DNA of 64,000 bases from Owenia fusiformis (Eukaryota). The notes below the pieces were generated by a model. That model saw only the letters and a list, made by a program, of their open reading frames with translations. It did no database searches and was not told the DNA's origin. The stretch covers positions 33,294,001-33,358,000 of the forward strand of contig CAIIXF020000001.1 in NCBI GenBank assembly GCA_903813345.2, given 5' to 3'. This document shows positions 39,945-52,900 of the stretch, piece by piece; positions within the stretch are counted from its first letter, which is position 1, and every line of letters starts with the position of its first letter. Made by a program: the position numbers and the translations under genes.

Positions 39945-41389
39945 TACACAAATAGCCTTTGCTTTGGTTCAACTTCACTTTTTAAAAGAGAGCTTTGTCT
40001 TCACTCTTTCAGTTTACAATTAATCTCTGATCTCACCGAGCCAGTAAGAGTCCATCGTCGAAATACGGACATCTTTCTCTTTGGTCATTTCCTCTGACAC
40101 CCTCCGCATAGTAAATGAGCATGTATTTAGCATGTGTTTCTTCCACTTCACTAATTGGATGAGAAAGGGTGTGGTAGATTTGAAATGATTTATTCCTCGG
40201 GCTGTCACAGGCACCAGTCTTTGGGGCGGGACTTCTAAACTGTAATATAGTCTTTACTAGGCCGAGAGTAGTTATAACTAGACTCTGCACGCAGGGTAAT
40301 ATACAAACCTCAACAGTAGTTAAAAAAGCATGTTGCAGATGTGGATTAATAATTTGTCATTTTATTGAATTAGCTGTATTTTTATTGGTATGTTAACTGC
40401 TTATAAGGAAGTCAACTAATTATATCTGTACATGGATCAGCATAAAAGTAACATCAATTGTGTACAACATTCACTGTCCAACATAACAGATAGATCATGA
40501 AATAGGAAAAGCAGTTTCAATGCAATACAGAATTGACAGCATAATAAGGCACTCAGGGGAATACACAGTTATTGTAACTGATAAAGTATACTGAAGTGAA
40601 TAGAGGAATATACCAGGTCAGACTTCTCAAAATATGTGACATGTGATTACATCATAACAACAGATACTATGAAAGGAAATGCAGTTGGTTGACTAAGGAA
40701 ATCTATATCGTTATTACTACCTTGAATGGCAATTTAGATTATGTTGCCTAGGGATCAAACTAAATGTGACTATCTTCCAGTGATAGCTCTAGCAGTTTTC
40801 TTAGATTGGAAATATGTGAACAGAAATGGTTAAGTATCACAGGCTAGTATCGAAAAATTTGTCTGCTGTGACGGAGCATGCTATTTTGCATAGAAACACT
40901 ATGAAATCCACAGAATTTATTTTTTACTCATATGTTTCGCTTTAGCAAAGAAAATTACCTACTCCATGCAATGATAATCTTTTGCGGGTACATGTAACTT
41001 TAACTTCTGTTTGAAGTCCAACAACGCTAAGCGTAAAAGCTATTGAAAATGGCGCCGGAATCATACTCCAAAATGTACCATTTCTTTTATTTCTTTTTAA
41101 TGGTACAATATAGTTACATATGTTTTAAACATAACTCTGAAGGTATGAATGAGATCTTGATGTATTGGGTATTTTTAATTTTTTATTAAAAATAATGTCT
41201 AAATTTTTTGTCCGCTGTGACGGAGCAGTTGCTAATCTAAAATATGTTAAGAATTTAAGATTTATAATATATCTTTTATAAGTACACTTTAGAGGAGCGA
41301 ACGTGTCAAATCTCTTGCGTTAGTATTCTGAAAAATGAAACGTAATACGAGTACACAATTCAAATTCTGGGATGTATATACGACCACTC

Positions 41390-43014
41390 TTTTTTATTGT
41401 ACCTAACAAGAGGTACGATATTGTAGTCAGCTTGACGGGCGGCGGGCAGGCGTGCGGCGGGCGGCGTCTCACTTTTCAGCTTGTCTACAGGTTTCCAGCC
41501 AAACCATTTTAGGGATTCATCTGAAATTTTCAGGGATGTTTCTACATATCAAAGTCAAGAACTGATTAGTTTTTGGGCATTCTGGGTAAATTTTAAGGTG
41601 GCCATTTTGGATTTTCCATCCTAAAATCTTCACTTTCAAGACTTGTCTACACAGTCGAAATGTTGAGGCATGCGCAGACCTCTATTTAGTGATATTTTCA
41701 TTTCAAATATGGCGGCCAATCGGATGTCTGACGACCCTTACAAAGAATCTAGGCAGTTTGCATTTTTACCTCCTGTGAAATAACAAGTGGAATTTAGTAG
41801 TTGTTTTGTGTTTTATTATCATTCTGCATTGTAGTTCTATGTGATGTGGTGTTGAAATGTCAGCAGAAATACATATCCATATTATAATCGAGTGAATCAG
41901 ATAACAGATTTTTCGAAAACCCGTCTCGTGCTAAGCGTGTAAAAACTTGTATTAACATGCTCAAAAGTGCCAATGTGCACATCAATGTCAAGCTAAATCA
42001 ATGTTGTGTCTAAAACAGGTACCCGATCTACTCAAAACAGCTTGTCATTCACGTATACACGCTTAGCAAACACGGCGAAATGACCTGAATCTTGGAATTT
42101 CGTTCGAGAGCTAGTAATGTTTGCTCCGGTCTTCGTCATAAGTGTTCATCAGACTTCACGCATGCGCAGGAGAAAAACCATCAACCAATAAGGTTTATAA
42201 ATCAATTTTGCGCATGCGCCTTACAACGGTAAAGAAATTCGTATTTATAAACGAACCAGTTTGAGATAACCCGATATCAGTCGGAGAAATCTGACGATCT
42301 ACGAAACTCACTTCAAAAAATTAAATGCGGACTGATGGCGTATTCTACTATGTTTGGATCTAAGATTTTCAGTATAGATAAAGTATTTTATGATCTTTCG
42401 AATGAGGTAAGTCTCTAGTTCGAAAGACAATCATATCAACTTGAACAAAAGTTGAGTTTTGACGAAAAAATTTAACATGCGCAGAAGTCCCATTTTCGTT
42501 GTACCATATTGACTGTACAGGTTTTCAGCCAAACCATTTGAGAGATTCATCTGAAATTTTCAGGGATGTTTCTACATATCAACGTCAAGAACTGATTAGT
42601 TTTTGGACATTCTGGGTAAATTTTAAGGTGGCCATTTTGGATTTTCCGTCCTAAAATCTTTACTTTCAAGACTTGTCTACAGGTTTCCAGCCAAACCTTT
42701 TGAGGGATTCATCTGAAATTTTCAGGGATGTTTCTACATATCAACGTCAAGAACTGATTAGTTCTTGGGCATTCTGGTTAAATTTTAAGGTGGCCATTTT
42801 GGATTTTCTGTCCTAAAATCTTCACTTTCAAGACTTGTCTACAGATTTTCAGCCAAACCATTTGAGGGATTCATCTGAAATTTTCAGGGATGTTTCTACA
42901 TATCAACGTCAAGAACTGATTGGTTTTTGGGCATTCTGGGTAAATTTGCTTTCTTGGTCAACAAGACCACAATGCTGTGTTTTAGGTACGATATTGTTCA
43001 CGTCTTTGCCTTGT
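41390..43014 (+). mobile_element. HINE family E
   Basis: T-run, subTIR GTACCTAA / TTAGGTAC, (GGCG)n microsatellite, ~162-bp tandem units and 3' end GTTCACGTCTTTGCCTTGTT. Confidence 0.8.
41652..42515. mobile_element. 864-bp insertion with short imperfect TIR and 4-bp TSD (unclassified DNA element)
   Basis: TACA|CAGTCGAAATG...CATATTGACTG|TACA. Removing it restores the HINE E unit CTTGTCTACAGG. Confidence 0.7.
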
Positions 43015-44148
43015 TCTCAGTTTGGACTGCAATCGAACTTATGCATGGTAACTCATTAAAATGATAGTCAACTTCATTTCAGTATAGGGTATTGCCTTTC
43101 TTAGTGCATAAGTACCGGGTGACCGGGTACTTAACGTTCCAAGCAGGGTTAGGATTTTTTATTTATAGCGTTGGATCTGGACGATACATGTACGTTATTT
43201 TCGACGTCACGTTTTGAGGTTATTTCACATCGTAAGAACGTTTTGACAACGTTAACGTCGGTAATGAACCAATTTAGTGAGAACAAATTGACGTCTTTGT
43301 AACGTTTCCTTAACTCACAAATATTTTGAAACCATTTCCATAATGTTGAAATTCAACCATCCATCGACGTTTTGCTGAATATTTAAATAACGTCAGATCA
43401 ATACGGTCCATGAACGTCATTATTGACATCACGATTTGGGGTTATTTCAAATAAAAAAAACGTTTCGACAACGTTAAATTCTAACGTTAACAATACGTCG
43501 GAAATGAACAGACTTAGTGAGAACACAAAGTTTTTGTCATGTTTTTTTCCACCAACAAATATTTTGATATTGAAAGCCTGTTTTGACACTTTGAATTTTA
43601 ACGTTTGAGTTACGTCACATATGGACCAATGTAGTAAAAAATCAAACATTCCTGTTTGTTATGTTTTCCACGCTAACGATTTTTACGGACACATTACAAC
43701 AAAGTTCTTTTTATACCATCAATAGATGTCTCATGTTTACGTTGCCTCGATGTGTAAAGAACGAAAATGTGCAACGTCTTCTAGGAACTTAAATGCTACT
43801 TATGATCAACGTGACATGTACGTCACTGTTTGCTGGATCGATTATTTTAAAAAGTGCTCTGTCTCGTATAGGGTAAAAATATCGAACAGCAGTGCACTCG
43901 GTAGGCTAAGTCTGTCAAGTCAATTCGCTACTATATCGGGGGGAAATGTGGAACTTTGAAAGTTGGTAACCCTGCTAGGAACGTTAGGTACCTGGTCATA
44001 ATTTAAGAAAGTGATTTGAGAGGTTCTCTCCTCTAAAGGTACTTTTAAAAGATATAATTTGAATCTTATATTCTTAACGTAGTTCACAGTTAAAATTGCT
44101 CTGTCACAGCGGACAATAAATTTAAACATTTTTTTTTATATAAAATAT

Positions 44149-44993
44149 CATGCGACACTAACTCATCGGGGCGTATCGAAACCAAAACGCCCCGCAAAAC
44201 CGTTAGTTTGAATTTCAAACCTACCATTTCTTTGGAAAATCAATGATTGTGAGTCTCACAGTACACCGTTTTTCTTCAAACTTGTTCCATTAAAACCTTC
44301 ACAGAAATACCTTTCACTCGAGACATTGCTTTTGTGTACAGAGTCACTCGTTTTAGCGGCGTTTTGGTCCCAAGATGTGAGAAGATGCAAATCTTCAGAG
44401 ATTTCAACCAAAAGCTTTGATATATCCCCAGTTCTTTTATTATTCTCCCCTATAGTTTGCACAAGGACTCCCATTACAACCCTCCATCTCTGCATCAACA
44501 TATTTATTACATTAAACGCACCAATTTGCAAAAGTCCTACGCATCTGTTCGAAATTGATCAAAACGCCCCGTTCTCTTCCAAAACGCCCCGTTAGATCTA
44601 CATACCTTATCTAGATACACGTTTGTGGTCATAGACTCTGCGGGGAGTTTTGGAAGACAACGGGGCATTTTGGTCAATTTCGAACAGTTGCATAGGACTT
44701 ATCAAAATAGAAGAACTGACGAGATATCATGTATTGTTGTTGAAATCTTTTAGGATTTTAAACTTTGCACATCTGGGGACCAAAACACCGCTAAAACGAG
44801 GGACTTTGTATACGAAGGCAATGTCTCGACTGAAAGGTATTTCTGTGCAGGTTTTAATGGAACAAGTTTGAAGAAAAACGGTGTAGTACGAGACTCACAA
44901 TCATTGATTTTCCAAAGACAGGGTAGATTTGAAAATTAATGGTTTTGCGGGGTGTTTTGGTTTCGATACGCCCCGGTGAGTTAGTACCGCCTG
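44149..44993. mobile_element. Foldback element, CA termini, 5-bp TSD
   Basis: AATAT|CATGCGACACTAACTCATCGGGGCGTATCGAAACC...GGTTTCGATACGCCCCGGTGAGTTAGTACCGCCTG|AATAT. Palindromic over most of its length. Confidence 0.85.
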
Positions 44994-46212
44994 AATATTA
45001 AAAATACCCAATATATCAAAATCTCATTAATACCTTCAGAGTTATGCTGAAAACATATGTAAATATTTTTGTGTCATTATATTGTACCATTAAAAAGAAA
45101 TAAAAGAAATGGTACATTTTGGAGTATGATACTCCGGCGCCGTTTTCAATAGCTTCCACTCTTAGCGTTGTTGGACTTCAAACAGAGGTTAAAGTTACCC
45201 GCAAATGATATATCCATTGCATGGAGTAAGGAAATTTCTTTGGTATAGCGAAACATATGAGTAATAAATATATTGTGTGGGTTTCTTAGTGTTTCTGTTT
45301 CTATGCAAAATAGCACGCTCCATCACAGCGGACAAATTTATCAATACCGGCCTGTGAGTAAACATTTCTTTACTAGGATGTACTTTACAACATTTGAGTC
45401 AAATAAACTGTTAAATTTCAATTGGATTGATCACAAAGATTTACCATTATTATCATTTCTTGGCTTTACTGTGGAAATCACTTATTGTTTGCAATAGTTG
45501 TATTAACAAATAAGTCCTAATTTAATCGAGGATAAAAATCATTTGTCAATAATCGCATTGCAAAGCCAATTGTTGTCGGATCATTGGCTTCAATCGAGGA
45601 AGATTCATCTTTTTTACTTTTTATCCTAATTCATTAGATACATGTAGATGTTGATTTGAGGATAATTCACAAAGAAATAAAAGTTAAAAAGCTTTGGAAT
45701 ACATTTTACAAGGAATGATGGAACAAACCATGATAGATGTGACCCATTCATTGGATGAGTCTATATCAGACAAGAATGGTCAACGCCACCTGTGGGCACA
45801 TGGTAGGAAATCTGTCATCAAACTACAGCATGAGCCTAGGAATATAGGTGATAAATTTCATTCTGCCTCAGAAGATAGCCCAACTAAACAGTTGCAATAT
45901 AGGAGGCGCTTGGTATTGAAGACATCTCGTAGATCTTGGCCTACAGCAAGTTTAAGACGGTAAGGCATGTATTGTTGCTGCTATCCTGCATGTGACATAT
46001 GGTTCTGAATGCTGATATTGATTGCAAAGAGTTGAATGGTTGAATCAAAACTATGTAAATTAATCAATACAAAATTTACAATTAAAAAACCTTAAAGGAT
46101 CCCGAATGTTAAACTATTTTATTTGCAGAAATGGTTTCATTAGTTATATTAGAGATGTACTAGATGTACTAGAGATGTTGGAGACATCTTGGAATTTACA
46201 TGTATACATGTA

Positions 46213-46583
46213 CAGGCCTGTCAACTTGGGAACACCTAACATGAGTGACTTGGAAATGTTGAACACCTCCCCCAAAAATGTGGACACCTTGGTCCAAATC
46301 TGAGGGGGAGGTACGAAAAATTTCGAACGGAATGCGTGACATATACGTAATTCGCGTGAAAAGTCCAAACAAAATGCGTACATTTTTTTCCCGCGTTCAT
46401 ATTTTTGCTGTGTAGACGATCTTTTTTAGAAATTTTTGTACAGAAATATTTTTGCTTGACAATAACCAGGTAAAATGCGTATTTGCATGACATTTTCGGT
46501 CACGCAAAAATAACTGGCGTGACTTCAAATTCTTCAGCAAATGCGTGACATATACGCAAATTGCGGGACAGTTGACAGGCCTG
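46213..46583 (+). mobile_element. hAT-like MITE, CAGGCCTGTCAAC TIR
   Basis: Perfect 13-bp TIR and GCGTGA subterminal motifs. Same family as 57627-57915 and 59710-60202. No clean TSD here. Confidence 0.8.
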
Positions 46584-46998
46584 TATCATTAACCAACCTA
46601 TCGTTTCTACGGGAATCTATCCTAATTTTTACTGAAATTTAACAATTTCGAAACAAAAATGATTTGTTATCGTCATAGCCTACTGAATACTGAACACGAT
46701 ATAATGTTACATGCGTTCTCTTATCGGGATAAAAAGTGACTTACCATTTCAGTACACCATTAGAAAGCTTTTTTTGTCATATCAAATGTAGTTTTTACCA
46801 GTTGACGTTTAACAACTGAGAAATCAAACATAACGTTACGACGTCAACATCGACGATGTCTGTGTGTTTTTCTTATTGCGTTTCATATGAATGAAGAATG
46901 AACTTGATGCAATGTTACGTGCGTTTTTTTCCAAAGTGACTAACCAGGATGAAATTGGTCCTCTAACAACTAAAACATCACTTTAAAATATGACATTA

Positions 46999-47207
46999 CA
47001 GGCCCGTAGCCAGGATTTGCCAAGGGGGGGTTCAGTTTTCAAAAAATTTCAGGGGGGGTTCACATTTGACAATTTTGGCCCAAATATGGCTAAAATCACT
47101 TGAAAAGTGCTCAAAATTGTGAAAAACTGCATGATTTTGAAAGAATTTTTGGCCAGGGGGGGGGGGGTTTGCCCGAACCCTGCAAACCCCCCCTGGCTAC
47201 GGGCCTG
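46999..47207. mobile_element. hAT-like MITE, 5-bp TSD
   Basis: CATTA|CAGGCCCGTAGCCAGG...CCTGGCTACGGGCCTG|CATTA. Confidence 0.88.
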
Positions 47208-47311
47208 CATTACACACCACGACGATGTAAAGTTTTCATCGTGATTTGAAATGATAATTATACGTTTTTAAATCACGACCTGGTAAAGGTACTATAGTCA
47301 TTGGATTCCCA

Positions 47312-48710
47312 GTTTTATTATCCCATCGAACGAAGTTCGGAGGGATATAGGGAATGCCTCCGTCCGTCCGTACGTACGTCCGTCCGTCCGTACGTACGTC
47401 CGTCCGTCCGTCCGTCCGTCCGTACGTCCATCCGTCCGTCCGGGCAATAACTCAAATACCGTTGGCCCGATTTTGTTCATATTTTGTACACATATAACCT
47501 ATGGGGGTAGAAGTTCTGCTCGAAAGCCGATTTTCAAAATGGCCGCTCATTTCAAAATGGCGGCCATTTTAGGGCCGATTTTACAGTAATTTAGGTGCAA
47601 TATGTAAAACTGTAATAGCAATATGTTTTAAATGTAAAAAAAATTATAAGGGGCATTAATAATGCTACAAATGTAGATATTAAAGAAGCACATGGCAGCC
47701 ATCTTGAAAAATGGCGGCCTTTACTCGTCATTTTACGATTTTTGCTGTAACTCAAAAAATAGTGTAGCGATTTTGTTCATATTTGGTATGTGAATACTAT
47801 AAGCATTGCACACTGTCTAAAGACACTTTTGTTAGAAGGCGGCCATTTTGAAAAATGGCCGCCATTTTAACGTATTTTACTATAACTGAAAAATGGCCGC
47901 CATTTTAACGTATTTTACTATAACTCGAAAAGTAGTGGAGCGATTTTGTTCATAATTGGTATGTGAATACTATGAGCGTGGCACACTGTCCTATGACACC
48001 TTTGGTAGAAGGCAGCCATTTTGAAAAAAATTTTGAAAAATGGCTGCCATTTTAACGGATTTTACTATAACTCGAAAAGTAGTGGACTGATTTTGTTCAT
48101 ATTTGGTATGTGAATACTATTTATAAGCATGGCACACTGTCCCATGACACTTTTGGTAGAAGGCGGCCATTTTGAAAATTTTTTTTGAAAAATGGCTGCC
48201 ATTTTAACGTATTTTACTATAACTCGAAAAGTCGTGGAGCGATTTTGTTCATATTTGGTATGTGAATACTATAAGCATGGCACACTGTCTATTTCTAATG
48301 ACACTTTTGGTCGAAGGTGGCTATTTTGAAAAATGGCCGCCATTTTAACGTATTTTACTATAACTCGAAAAGTAGTGGAGCGATTTTGTTCATATTTGAT
48401 ATGTGAATACTTTAAGCATGGCACATTGTCTAATAAAACTTTGGGGAGTAGTTGGCCATTTTGAAAAATGGCCACCATTTTTATGTGTGTTATTTTACAA
48501 GTACATGTATGATTTTTCAAAGATTTTAGAGGTGGCTACTTAAAAGCATATTATTTCTTCTGATGACATCTTGGCTAATGAGCAACCATTTTGAAAATGG
48601 TGGCCTTTCTGGTGTGTTGTTTTATGATATTTGCTATTCGTTTGTAAAAATGCCAGCCATTTCTGTTCGATGGGATTCGCTACGCTTTGGCGTTGCCGTT
48701 GTTCTGGTTT
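47312..48710 (+). mobile_element. HINE family B, full copy
   Basis: SubTIR ATCCCATCGAAC (47320) / GTTCGATGGGAT (48665), (CCGT)n microsatellite, 120-150-bp tandem units and T-rich flanks. Confidence 0.88.
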
Positions 48711-49931
48711 TACTTCTAATTTTGCATTTTTTCATCTTTATGTAAAAGACCGTCAGCAGACCACCGACCACATGTACCCAACTGTGGAGAGTGACTGGTC
48801 GGTGTTTACATAAACCCATATTTATTAGACATAGATATGAAACATTTCAGAACTAGATAACAGCAACGCGAGGTGGAGCAAATCCCATCGAACTTTTGAT
48901 CTCAAAATCGTTCAACTACTTTTCAAGTTTTAGTAAAAAAGTAAAATAAGACGAAAAATTTCGACATATACGTAATTCGCGTGAAAAGTCCGAACGAAAT
49001 GCGTCAGAGGTCGAAGGGTTTTTCAATAAAATATATTCCAAAAATTCTTGACACCCAGTAAGTCGTAGGGTCGAAGGTCGTAGGTCGAAGGGTTTTTAGT
49101 ACATTCCTTAAATATCACATGTTCCAAACAAAATTGCTCAAATATTTGAAAAAATAAATGATCTGACTCATGGTGGGGCTTTCTAGGATGACTAAATTCA
49201 TTTGAATCGGATTCTCATGTCACTGTAATGCCATGAAAGAGAAAAGAACTATAAATATTTACTGAGAATTTGTTTCCATTTCTTCAAAATCCAAAATCTT
49301 GCAAATGCAAAACCTCAAAATGTGAACACCTCTTAATCCGAACGCTTTAATTTTAGCTGGTCCCTCGGATTAGACAGGTTTTACTATGGGTACAATCACT
49401 GGCTGGGAATTGGTGTTCGCTTACACACAGCCGGGTGTTCAATAGAGTAGACTCACATGTTCGCTGGGCACAGATCTTCACTGAAGAGATGTTCATTATG
49501 ACAGTTTCTGCCCTGTCAACCCTCACGCATAAGGCGTGATTGTCACGCATTTGCTGGAAAATAGAAATCACGCATCAATTTAGCGTGTATGATTAAATAT
49601 CACGCAAATCACGCATTTTGTTGGTAATTTAAAAATCGTTTTTTTGTGAAATGCCGGTAAAAAAGCCTGTGGGGCCTCCGTAAGATTGCTTGCAATCTTT
49701 AAACTCTAGTTATTATCATCGAAGACCTTATCTCTTTGATTGTAGCATACATTATTGCCTGAGATATTTGACACTTGGATCTTCATTTGTTGATGCTTTC
49801 ATCAGATGCAGAATAAACCACTGGTATAATAGGGATGTAAATGTATATGATGTACTTCATATGTGACTAATTTTGCTATGCAGCATTTAGGTTCCAGTAA
49901 CTAGTGACAATTTTCGGATGGATTCTTAAAC

Positions 49932-52900
49932 GGCATGTTCTAATCAGTGGACTGGCCCCAAGAAAAGATGGACTGGACTCTGGGCCATCTTTTAGACATT
50001 GCTTCACAAAATTGCTAAAAAGTGGACTTAACCCTCTATACTCCATTATGGGCCACACTTTAGGTTTTCTGTAAGTATTTTGACTAAAAGATGGCCCCAA
50101 GCAATACATATCTAAAATTGAATTTAACTTATCAATATCATTATCCTAGCAAATGAAGTTCGATAGGGATGTCACGAAGCCCTCCATTTGTCAAGTCCTT
50201 TTCCCAAGCACAATAAAAAATATGTGGATTTTTAAATATATTCCTTTCAAATTAAAAAGATGGAATTTAGAAGGGTCGAGGGTCGAGCACAGACACACAT
50301 AACATGAGTAGCGGGATGAGTAGACGGTGTTTTTCAAAAATATAGCTTTGTTACATGCAAGAGGAAGGCATTTTAATGTAGATTGGAGAGCAGGGGCGTA
50401 GTCAGCTTTCAGTCAGGGGGGTACGATCGCCAAATTTTTGGGTTTCAGTCAAGTGGGTGGCATAATCGTGGCATAAGCAAGGCAAAACAAAAAAATAAGA
50501 TCTGTTTTGGAATTTACAAAAATTGATGCAACTTTGCTCAAAATTGACCTAGAATTAAATAAGCTAAAAAAGCATTTTAAAGCTCCTTTCTTCCACTATC
50601 TAATGGTTCTATTTTTATTGGTTATGGAGGGGATGCGACCCATCACACCCCCCTCTGGCTATGGAGAGATTGTGTTACCCGTAAGCAATTCACTCACAAG
50701 GAATGGAATATTGTTTCATATAATATATTTGTTCTCTCATTAATATGCTACTGATCTCCAGATGGCAGGTATTTAAATTAATCCAGTTGTTTCTTCCATT
50801 CTAACTTATAACAAGAACACAAACGTGTACAATATGTCCATACCAATGGGTGGTCCTAGAGTTTTTATCCCCAATGCCCAACTTTTTAATCAGTTGAAAA
50901 TACAAGATTTTAGGTAAAAAAATCAAAATGGCAACATCAGCCAGAATGCCCCAAAACTAATCAGCTTGAGATTTTCATACAAAGAATCACATCTGAAAAG
51001 TTGAATTCGATCTTTCAAATGGTTCATCTGTAAACGTGTAGATAAGTCTTTGCACACAAGATTCAGGATGGAAGATCCAAAATGATCGCCTTATCATTTA
51101 CCCAGAATGCTTAAAATCATCCCTGAAAATTTTAAAGTTGACATGGCAGATTGATATTAAGTTAAAGTTCAGCATGTATCCATGTTTCAGTGTGATAATT
51201 TGGATCACTAGTCGAATTATGAAGCAAACAAGTGAATGTCTATGATCCCTGTATGTTCATGTGTAACTCAGTAATACTATGTATGCCAGATAATCCATTT
51301 GAGCATCGCTATATCAAAAAAAACTTCATTAAATCCAGCAGCAGAAAAGACATGCTAACTACTGAACTATATTCATCATGTCCATGTACCCATTGTGTGA
51401 ATTCAATATCAAGTGTGGTCATTTCCATAAAGATTATGAAGCATGTAAAGGACCTTATACACCCTCCATTGGGATCTCCCCATGGGAAAAAAATAATTCA
51501 TCTGATTTTTCAAAATGAGTATTCTGCTTCAATTATTACATTTATATGCACACTAGTATCTTGTTGACCTATATTCAGCACTGTATTGATGTATAGGCCA
51601 CTTATTAGGGTCATAATTCAATCATGAAGTGTAGAGGCATAGATTCCAAACCAGGAAGTATTTTTGTGTCTGTCAAAATCCATTTACATCCTACGCATCC
51701 CTGCATCTTATCCAAATATGTTACTACATAATGAAATATAATAGTATAATATTTGGTTTTACAAACTTGTATGATATTTGATAAGTGTAAAAGTTGTTTT
51801 TGGAGCATTTTTCTATAGCCATTTTGTAGGGAAAAAAATGATGAAAAATTGAGCAATCTTTTAATTTTAAGTATGACCTGAATCGATTGCAAACTTCATA
51901 TTTGCACATTTGATGAGATAAACCATTTGTGTTGTATTGTGAAATTATTAAGTTTGCAATTGATTCAGGTCATAGTGTATTTTTGGTATTTCTGTGATAA
52001 TCAATGGAAACCAATGGCCCCTATTGGGATCTGCTGATATCCTCATGTTAAGTCAATGGTGCACAGCCCCATGAAAGTCAATACAACCTTACTGAACGAA
52101 ATGATCCCTATCTCAGCTTATGTGTGTCCGAGCACTTTAATATTTTCCAAAGTATTATATGACATTTTATTCTTCATGTTACACCTACGAATGATTCATT
52201 TTGACCATAGGGATATTTGCCAATAATTGCACCTTGTCCTTTGAGATTTTAGAGATAAAGTATGTAAAGGTATTATCACCACATGCAATTCAACACTTAT
52301 GGATTTTCATTTATGTGCGGAAACTGACTTTTATCAATACGTGATAATATATAATTTTTTTATTGTTACCAGCCAGCCCGAAAAAATATATAATAAATTA
52401 AAGTGATTTTTTAATAAAAGTTAAATTACCCAAATTAGCAGTGATTTGATAATTATCAATTGTTTTTATAAATTATCAGATAATGCTAATTTCACACGGG
52501 CCCTTTTCTATGAAACATTTGCTAGAAATAGTTATCAATAAAAGTGATATTTTTGATGTAACTAAAATTATAACTGTTAGCAATAGTTTTGATAATTATC
52601 AATATTATCTGATATTATCAGATGAACATTTGTCCTAACTTTCTTAATTTAGTGAAAATATGATGATTAGCGAGAGTTTTGATAATTATAATTATCTTTA
52701 TTATCTATTTTAACTTAGGCAACATTTGCCCAAGACCACAAAAAATGTTAGTGATAAAAAAGTGCTGGAGGAATTATTGCCATTAACGATAATACTCAAA
52801 TCACACGGGCTTTAGCATGTTCAAGGAAAACAGATTTTTCAGATTTAGTATTTATAGGATTAAGCGAAACTTGTGGCAATTTTTGATAAAAGCTACCATT

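Larger units (their letters stand above)
40838..45356. mobile_element. Large foldback element, CACAGGC termini, probable 5-bp TSD; hosts three nested insertions
   Basis: AGTAT|CACAGGCTAGTATCG...CAATACCGGCCTGTG|AGTAA. Arms pair as 40838-41177/44998-45356, 41200-41305/44020-44125 and 43120-43150/43968-43998. Confidence 0.85.

Noticed and set aside
39682..40023. ORFs with GFRTT / PKPSC pentapeptide repeats
   Set aside because: They come from the 15-bp inverted terminal arrays of a Mutator-like element.
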